Assembly (NCBI RefSeq): GCF_037042905.1
Contig: NC_087246.1
Location: forward strand, 3,846,001 to 3,906,000
Direction of reading: 5' to 3'
Length of the DNA stretch: 60,000 bases
From: Lytechinus pictus
Lineage: Eukaryota
A model generated the notes under the pieces. It was not told where the DNA came from, did not search any database, and saw nothing but the letters and a program-made list of their open reading frames with translations. The translations under genes were made by a program, and so were the position numbers. This document shows positions 51,935-60,000 of the stretch, in pieces (position 1 is the first letter of the stretch; each line of letters begins with the position of its first letter).

Positions 51935-54900
51935 GTGAGTTCAATATCAACACAAACATCTCAGATGCTTTCACTGCTCTGCCAACCACTGTAATACACA
52001 TTTTGCAAGTCCTATAATTGTATAAATTTAAAAGATTTGAGGAGTTTGGGGGATTGTATAAAAGTTTTTCTGATATTTGTCACCAGATCCCATATTCTGT
52101 AATTTGTCTGAATACAAATATTATTATATTCAGAGTTGAATTAATCCATTTTCTCAAAATTCTAATATCTTTCCTTGTATCTTTTACTGAGCAAGCACGA
52201 TATCAAAGCTATATATAAATCTGAATAGGGCACACAATTACGTTATCTTTGTTAAGTTAACTGCCTTGTAAATAAAACTGACAGTTAGGGGATATTGTAT
52301 TTCAATGTTGAATGTGTGTTTTCTCTTGATAACAAGAATTATTTCTTGCTGGTTCTTGCAAGAACATCTTGTTTTACAAGAGGACACCTTTCAATGATAG
52401 ATTTGCAGACTTTTGGTAATTTTTAGATCGAATTAAAAATGATGGTTTCCTTTTCACAATTGCCATGCCAGGGAGAATCATAAGCAATGCTTATGCTTGC
52501 ATGCTATTGTGTGCCATAAGCATCATGGGCTCAAGGGAAATTACACCTCATGACAACAATGTGCCTAATATTTTTACAGAAGAGACCCTTCTTTTGGTTG
52601 ATTTACTCGTACTAAACTCTTGATTAGTTGACAAAAGAAATGGGTATGTCAGAGATGAGGTATGGTATCTCACTGTGATAACATAAAAGATGTAAGAAAA
52701 GACAAGACAATCAGAGATGTTGTTTATGTCATGAGCAAAATAAACCTGAACAGATGAGCATTTACTTATAAACTTCAATTTATTAATTTAAAGTGAAGTC
52801 AGTGAGTGAAAAACGGTAATTGGTAGAGATAACTATTTACAGGACATTGTCTTTAGGGAGCCTTGCTCAAAGTAATTTTTTTATGGAAATATATGTATGG
52901 TACTTTATGTTAACTGAAAATACACTGTACCTAAGATAATATGTAAATATACTAAGATGCTATAGACCTACAGTGTATACATTGATATTTATTATTGGCC
53001 AAATACCAATGGAAAAAGACTACACAGCATTATAAAATCTGAAAGTATGAAATCAATTTTTTCTTTCTATTATTTTACAGGGCAAGGAAAGGAGTGAGGC
53101 AAATTTAGGATTGATCACAAAGACACAAGAGAGTATTAATCAAAGTCAGAAGATATCACCTTACTATCGTACCAAACTACGTAGCCTTTACCAGTCTGCA
53201 TTGTCAGATGCAGAAAATGAAGCAGAGTATGTTATTTTTGTTTGTTTGATTCACAAGAAAAATTATTTTTGATGTGGAAGAGGTTCATCGTGGTGATGGA
53301 TTGAGTAGAAGAAATAATCAGTTGTCTTACGCTCTCCAACAACATTTGATCCATCGTGAGACAACTGATTATTTCTTCTTCTCATAATTATTTTTATTGG
53401 TAAATTTAAGATTTTTAAATCGAAACAGTAAATGTAACCTTAACTAGCCCAATAATCAGTGACAAGTGTTCAAATGACACTTTTTAATACAACTATACAA
53501 CTATCCCCCCAAAACATTTATTGTAACAGAAATGATAATAATAAATGTAATAATAATTTTTATAATAAAAACAATAATGATAAAATCAAACAAATGAATA
53601 AGTAAATAGATAATAGATAAAAAGTTAGATGACAAACGAATAATAAATTAATTATATACAAATGATTTAATAGATGTATAGAACAAAAAAAAATAGTTAA
53701 TTGTAATATATGTAATTGAATAAATAATAATAGTAAGAATAAATTACAAATTGGAAATTATGAATAGAAATAAATAAAGAATAAAAATAAATAAGTAGCA
53801 TAAAAATTGTAAAAATAAAAAATAATGAAATTGAAGGGAAAAAAAAGAAAATGAAAGAAAAAAAATGAAAACGAATACGTTAATGAAATTAAAATGAATA
53901 GAGTAATAGCATGAATGCACCTTATCAAGTTGATGAATAAGATTTGAATTTAGCTGTATCTTTATTTTATTTACTTTTATTTTCCTTCATTTGTAGATTA
54001 TATAGAAAATCATTGGAGAAGATCACAGATATTAAGAACATACGTAACGAGCAACGTCTGCAGGCAAGGAGTGCTGGTCATCATTCTGACTCTGATGGAC
54101 CAAGAAAAATTATGAGGAGAGGGGTACTAATGAACATGCTGCAACAGACTGCCATCACATTACCGCTGTGGATAGGACGTACAGAGCAAGAGTAAGTGCT
54201 GCAAAGATGAGTATCAAGTCAAATTTGTTTGTTTTATTGCAATTGATGATACTCACTGATCTGAGCAAAAATGGAGAGAAAAAATATGTTATTCAAAGCC
54301 CATTTCTCCCCTACTCCTGAGCAGTGCAAGACTAACATAATCTCAAAACTATGGAATCTATTCAATTATTTATTTGGCATGCCTTCATTAAAAATCCCTG
54401 AACTCTTGAAAGCAGTTATGTGAGGCAAACTGCAAGAATGATATGCTCCCTGGAATGGTATTGTGTTCAACCTGTCTAGATTCACCACTCATATAGCCCT
54501 CCCCCTATGTGACTGAACAATTACGGATTTAAAACATGAACATTACGTATAAAAGGATCACTACCTTTTCCACATTTACATAAAAACATTTATTTATTCT
54601 ATTTTTGACAGAAAACCTCCTCCTCTGTGTGGTGCTATACCAGCCGAGTCTAGCTACATATCTAAACCAGGTGATTATATTGCAGCCAGAGTGAGAGGGA
54701 GTGATGGTGATGAAAACTGGATTCTTGCAGAAGTTATTTCTTTCAACTCGGGCACCAATAAATATGAGGTGGATGACATCGATGAGGAAGGCAAAGAGTA
54801 AGTGACAAGAAAAGCCAGTGTAGATATATTTATTTGTGTGTAAGTGTTACTAGATATAATGTATATCCATAAAACTATGTGTATCCAATTCTGCCCTAGC

Positions 54901-57706
54901 CTATAATCTAGGCGAAGGCTGCAATTCTTGTCTTTGCCTTATGAGTCCGATGCTGTTTTGCGAAATGTCAGCAATACGTCAGATGCAGTAGACTGTACAC
55001 AATGGTTGCAGCTGCCTATAAACTAAAGATTGTGCAGGATTCACTGCAGATTTTTTGTTATTAAAACACTGCCACCAGATATCTTATAGGGTGAGAAATT
55101 ATGAAGGAGGAACTGGGTAAGAAGATGGAATGACGTCAATCGTAATGGTTTTGAAAAACAAGTTTTGAGAGTTATCTGTGGTTAAGCCCCGCAAAAGTGG
55201 AAGAGCGAGAGTGGAGGAGGAATGTTTCTCTATGATGAGATGGCAAGTGAGTGGAAGGGGATGACCGAAGAAGACGCGACAGAAACAAGTTTTGGAGGAT
55301 ATTAGGCTGGTTGGGTTGAGGGTGGAAGATGCACCGAATAGTAAACAAATATATCAGGCTACAAGAAAGTATAGTGGAATTATTCATCCGAGGTTGGTAT
55401 GGCAATTACTATTTTTACGTAGTAGTTTTGCCAGTCCAACCGAGGATTTATAATTCCACTTTTCCACTATGTTTTCGAAGGAAACGCCTGATATATTTGT
55501 TTTATATCCTACTTTTGATAATTTAGAACCAAAATCTATGCGTTGAGCTTGCAGAATCCAGTTAATTGCGTTGAATGACCTACTTTTCTCCAAGCCACCG
55601 TGCTCAGCAGAACGCTGATTGGTGCCTGCGACGATGCATCGCAGGACTTGCCCGGGCCAGACAGCTCGCTGACCGATGCGCCCAAGAGTTTAGCTAAATA
55701 TCCAGTTTTCTGAAATAATGACGTCAGAATATTGGTATGGCGAAAATTATATCGAGGTCTGACATCACGCAACATCATAGTTGAAATATATTTGGTCACT
55801 GATGGTATTTGAACCAATCACTAAACAGGATTTAAGCTATGTAGGATATAAAGTAATATGGAGGGAGGGATGAGGATGATCTCTGTGTGAGATGAATACG
55901 GACATCCCCGTAGTCGTGGACTAAGCTAGATTTAAAACCTGGATGACTGGTTGACTGTACTGGATTACCAGTTGGTGACCAAAGTGATTACTTCTCTCTC
56001 ACAATCTTTTTCTCTCTTCATTCCTCCCTCCCTCTGTATCTTTCTTTATCCCTCTCTCTTGTTTCCTATTCTTTCTCTCACTTTGTAAATCAGGAGGCAT
56101 CTATTATCAAGACGGAGAATAGTCCCTCTTCCTTTGATGAAAGCCAACCCGGAGACAAACCAAGAAGCTTTATTTAAGAAGGGAATGGTATGATGATTGC
56201 ATTTCACTTTTATTGTTTCAGAATGTATATCAATTGAGGGTGATTAGTAGATTGTCTACATAACTTTCCAATATCTTATTAATATTTGATGCAAAAGTCT
56301 GCCCAATAATAAATCATTGAGATATCAACACAGATGGTCAAATCTTATGTACTTGAAGCCCAATCAGGGATTAGTGAATGTTAAATGTCAATATAGGATT
56401 TATAATTTCAATCCAGTACTTTGTAGGCTAGAAGGCTGGGGGGGGGGGGGGCTAGAGGTCTCAAATACCTCGCCTGTTGATTGCATAATCGACAAAAATC
56501 TATATGTACGTCACCTATATTGTAATGTACAAAATTGTGTATTTGATTGTTCTAAAATTATTCAAATTTGTTTTTAATTAATTATGCTAACTTAGCATGA
56601 CATGATTTGCTGTAATTCTATAAATAAAGCTATAGAAGAACTAATATTTTGTGTCGACTCTGATTTCAAAATGATTTCTTGTATTTATTTATTTTTTTAC
56701 TTAATTTATTTGTTTTGGGACTTTTTTTATTGTTTTTTTTAATAGGCAACACTTTTTCAGATAAACAAAAAACCTGGAATTAAAAGATTTTCATTAGTAA
56801 AAGTAAAAATAACAATACAGTTATGAGAAAACAAATTTACATAGGATTTTTAGAATAAAAAAAAAGAAAATTGATATCTAGTCTCTAATCATCAATGTTT
56901 CTGTCTTTTGTCTACTTTACAGCTTGTGATGGCATTGTACCCCCAAACGACATGTTTCTATAGAGCATTAGTAGAGCGACCACCAGAAGGGGTGAGTGCT
57001 CATTGGTATAAAATTTGTGCTAGTCTGTGACAGTTAAAGCTTATTTTTCAAAAAGTTCACTTCCTTTTTAGTTACAGGTTCTGGAATTGTTTGAATTAAG
57101 CTTTTTCCCAGCTATTTTGGTTCCAGCGTTATTATCTTTATTTTACCACCATCACTACCACTGACATCATCATCACCTTCACCACCATCATCACCATCAT
57201 CGTCATCATCATCATCACCATCATCATCTTCATCATCATCTTCATCATCATCACCTCCATTATCTTCATCATCATCATCATCATCTACAGCACAAGAACC
57301 ATTACATCAACTTCCTCACCTTGGCCTGCTACCACTCCATCATCACAAATGCCACCATCAAAATCAACATTATCTCTTCCAATCATGCATCCCTTAGAGA
57401 TATTGATGGATATAGATTTTCACATTGCCTGTATAAAATAAAAAAAGCATTGTCTGTATATATCTAAAAATGGAAAAAAAATCTGATATGTTTTTTACAT
57501 CTTCCATGCGTCCAATCCTTCAAATCAACAGTTTAGTGAACTCCAATGTTTGTGTACTGATGACTTTTATCTATTTACTCTCATTACAGCCTATTGATGA
57601 CTACTCGGTATTATTTGAGGACAACTCCTATGCAGATGGCTACTCACCGGCATTGAATGTGGCACAGAGGTACGTCGTCCAGGTCAAAGAACCAAGGAAA
57701 AGATGA
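51647..57706 (+). CDS. SGF29: SAGA-associated factor 29 (CCDC101), coiled-coil plus tandem Tudor H3K4me reader; 364 aa; exons 51647-51934, 53081-53226, 53997-54191, 54612-54797, 56094-56187, 56923-56991, 57590-57706
   Basis: GT-AG exons total 1095 nt in frame and encode hallmark SGF29 peptides: IQEMLAELYRLVK, KISPYYRTKLRSLY, RKIMRRGVLMNMLQQTAITLPLWIG, KPPPLCGAIPA, WILAEV...KYEVDDIDEEGKERH, KANPET, ALYPQTTCFYRAL, DDYSVLFEDNSYADGYSPALNVAQRYVV. The start codon choice is inferred. Confidence 0.95.
53081..53226 (+). CDS. SGF29: SGF29 coding exon 2
   Basis: ttttacag / gtatgt; ISPYYRTKLR. Confidence 0.93.
53302..53384. other. near-perfect 30-bp-stem hairpin in an SGF29 intron
   Basis: TGAGTAGAAGAAATAATCAGTTGTCTTACG pairs with CGTGAGACAACTGATTATTTCTTCTTCTCA (2 mismatches), 23-nt loop. 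Confidence 0.8.
53997..54191 (+). CDS. SGF29: SGF29 coding exon 3
   Basis: ttgtag / gtaagt; MRRGVLM...LPLWIG. Confidence 0.93.
54612..54797 (+). CDS. SGF29: SGF29 coding exon 4 (Tudor 1)
   Basis: ttgacag / gtaagt; PPPLCGAIPA...YEVDDIDEEGK. Confidence 0.95.
55343..55852. mobile_element. non-autonomous element with split inverted repeats (Crypton-like) in an SGF29 intron
   Basis: AAACAAATATATCAGGC / GCCTGATATATTTGTTT hairpin of about 160 bp, plus the TTTATATCCTAC / GTAGGATATAAA pair. Confidence 0.55.
56094..56187 (+). CDS. SGF29: SGF29 coding exon 5
   Basis: aatcag / gtatga; RHLLSRRRIVPLPLMKANPET. Confidence 0.93.
56923..56991 (+). CDS. SGF29: SGF29 coding exon 6
   Basis: tttacag / gtgagt; LVMALYPQTTCFYRAL. 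Confidence 0.95.
57145..57360. repeat. (CAT/CAC)n microsatellite in the last SGF29 intron
   Basis: Direct reading. Confidence 0.9.
57590..57706 (+). CDS. SGF29: SGF29 last coding exon
   Basis: attacag acceptor; PIDDYSVLFED...KEPRKR*. Confidence 0.95.
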   Translation, partial: PIDDYSVLFEDNSYADGYSPALNVAQRYVVQVKEPRKR

Positions 57707-60000
57707 AGGTATCTTCAAAGTTTCCAAGGATGAGCAACATCTCCTTGACTTCTTAGGAATGAATCAAATCTTTAAGCAAGGTCTCCTTGAATCTTGAAAG
57801 TTATCAAAACAGTAAGACCTTCAACCAAAGGTGTATGTGGCATCTTCTCATTTTATCTTTGAATTTAAGGATGATTCATAGGGTAAGATCCCTTCGCTAA
57901 GATCTTGAAGGAAGAACCATCTCTCCTTGACTTCTTACAAAATATTAATGTAGTGAGTTCCTCTTCTTGCATGCAATGTCACCTTGCTTTACTATGCGGA
58001 TGATGTTAGGTAGTTTGCTCTATCATCAAGAATGACTCACTGTGAAAAGCGATATCTTGAACACTATGTCATCATCAGGCATGTACCAACATGGCCCATT
58101 CAGAATACTTTTGATTCAAGCAGTTTGTTGGAACTGAGACCGAATCAATTTAATCGGCCAGTTGACATAAATTTCTGGAACTCCCTAGGTTGGATTCTTG
58201 GGGGTGTTTCACAAAGATTTACGTCTCACTTAAAAATCACACGTCTGATTGCATGTGGTATAGAACACCTGTCACCGGGCCACCACATTGATCAGGTAAA
58301 GTTTTAAGGATGCATGCTTCTGTGTTATCAACCATTACCATTGTTTGTTTTTAACAAGGCATCTTAGTCATCCCCGGTGAGTTGAAATGGCACTGATGAA
58401 GCCACCTTGCTGTAAACCTATCATTGATGGGTGGAAATACACTTCACCAAACTGGCTTTGATAAGTCCCTTTCCCTCCAGCCATTTCTTGATTTATCTAC
58501 CTGGTATGTTGAATTAATTTTAGTCTATTAATATTTATTGTTAAAAAAAAGAAAAAGGAAACTAGTGTGTTTATGTAAGGTTGTTTCATGAAACTTAAAG
58601 TTAATGTGTAAGATACTGCAATCATGCCATTTGATTAGCTAAAATTTCTTATTTGTTATAAATGTCTTCTATAGGGCATGAGTTTTATCATTTTTTAATC
58701 TGGTCTCAATGTCTGTAGTAACCTTTCATAATTTAACCTCACCTTGAAAGCATTTTTATATCCATCCTTACTTATTTAGTTAACTTTTTGGATGTTGTAT
58801 AAAATGATTTGGATACACATGCTATTTAGACTTGATGGATTCTCAACTGCACAGGTGAAGCTTCTGCTCCTGCAATTGCCATATCAATAATATCTTACAC
58901 ACCTATTTCAAATGACCTCTGACCTTTGAGACCTAAAAATCCATGGAGATCATCGTCACTCTCATGTACAAATGAACCAAGGATGAAGTTGAACCCCAAA
59001 ACAGTTCTTCGGTAATGGTGACAATATATTTTCAGGTGTTAAGTCAAGCAGATCTTTAGTTATCATGAGAACGAAAACTAGATGGATGAATGGATGACTC
59101 CAATGCACAATGCCTCTGGCAACCACCTGCAGTAGATACAAAGGATACAAAGTTTTGTATAAAGTCTAATTGATTTAAGGCAGTCTGTTTTTTAATGCAA
59201 GGCTGTAAGTATAATGAAAAATATAATTTTGTCTATTTTAAACATAATTTCCAAAGTTCAGCAGTTTTCTGGTACATACAAGTCTTGGTACTGTAATATC
59301 CACTAGGTCATAGGCACATAACAATTGGGAAATGCAGAAATATTGCTTAGATATAGGGAAATTCTTGACATTGAGAGATAAATCACTGTTCAACTTCCCT
59401 TAATATTATTTTATTGTTTTATTTTTTTCTTGATCCATTTTTCGTTTGCAACTGTCCATTCGTTCACCCATTCTTCATTTTAAAATTTATTTATTATTAT
59501 TATTATTTTTTATCTCTTATTTATTCATTCATTTATTGATTATTATTATTATTTTTTTTTTTGGGGGGGAGGAGCTGGTGGTGTTATTCTTCCTCCTGAT
59601 AATCCTACCAGCACTATCAATACCTGTCAAGGTAAAGGAGATATATCTTTAAATTTGGAATCTTAGGCCATGTAACTAATTTTTAATTAGAATTAGAAAT
59701 GAAATACCTTCATGTGCAATGTTCATTTGGATGTATTACGGTCACTTGTATGTTTTAAGGATTACATGTAGTTGACAAAATGGCAGATATATTTCTTTGA
59801 AATAAAGTATTATAGTATATAACTATCTAAATGTGATTATTCATTATGAAATCTGCTGTACCTTGAAGAATCTTTTTTAAAGATTCTGTGCAACATTTGG
59901 TATAATTGCATTATTGGTATACATGTAGCACTGATGTGATGACAAAGCCTCATTATTATATCTTCGAAAAGTGTTAAATATTTTTCGAGTTAACCCCCCC

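Overview
Eukaryotic, AT-rich, intron-containing animal genomic DNA. The repeat landscape resembles an invertebrate deuterostome such as a sea urchin, but this is inference only. Three spliced protein-coding genes can be rebuilt by hand from GT-AG exons. (1) A + strand TLC-domain gene of the TLCD3/FAM57 family, with 4 exons at 14656-17271; its first coding exon was not found. (2) A convergent - strand TLCD3/FAM57 paralog with 5 exons at 38296-30682 (265 aa), whose internal exons have the same sizes (87/202/96 nt). (3) SGF29/CCDC101, the SAGA/ATAC tandem-Tudor subunit, with 7 coding exons at 51647-57706 (364 aa), oriented head-to-head with gene 2. The rest is dense in non-autonomous DNA transposons (Kolobok-like TTAA, PIF/Harbinger-like, Tc1/mariner, hAT, Helentron-type), tRNA-derived SINEs, two decayed LINEs, microsatellites and local duplications. 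One LINE is split by a multi-layer nested insertion carrying a recurrent GTTACGGA(A/G)GTTAA motif. I found no CRISPR array, no prokaryotic system and no clearly new biological system. The best leads are the diverged TLCD3 paralog pair, the SGF29 N-terminal extension, the unclassified motif-bearing insert and an intronic hairpin.
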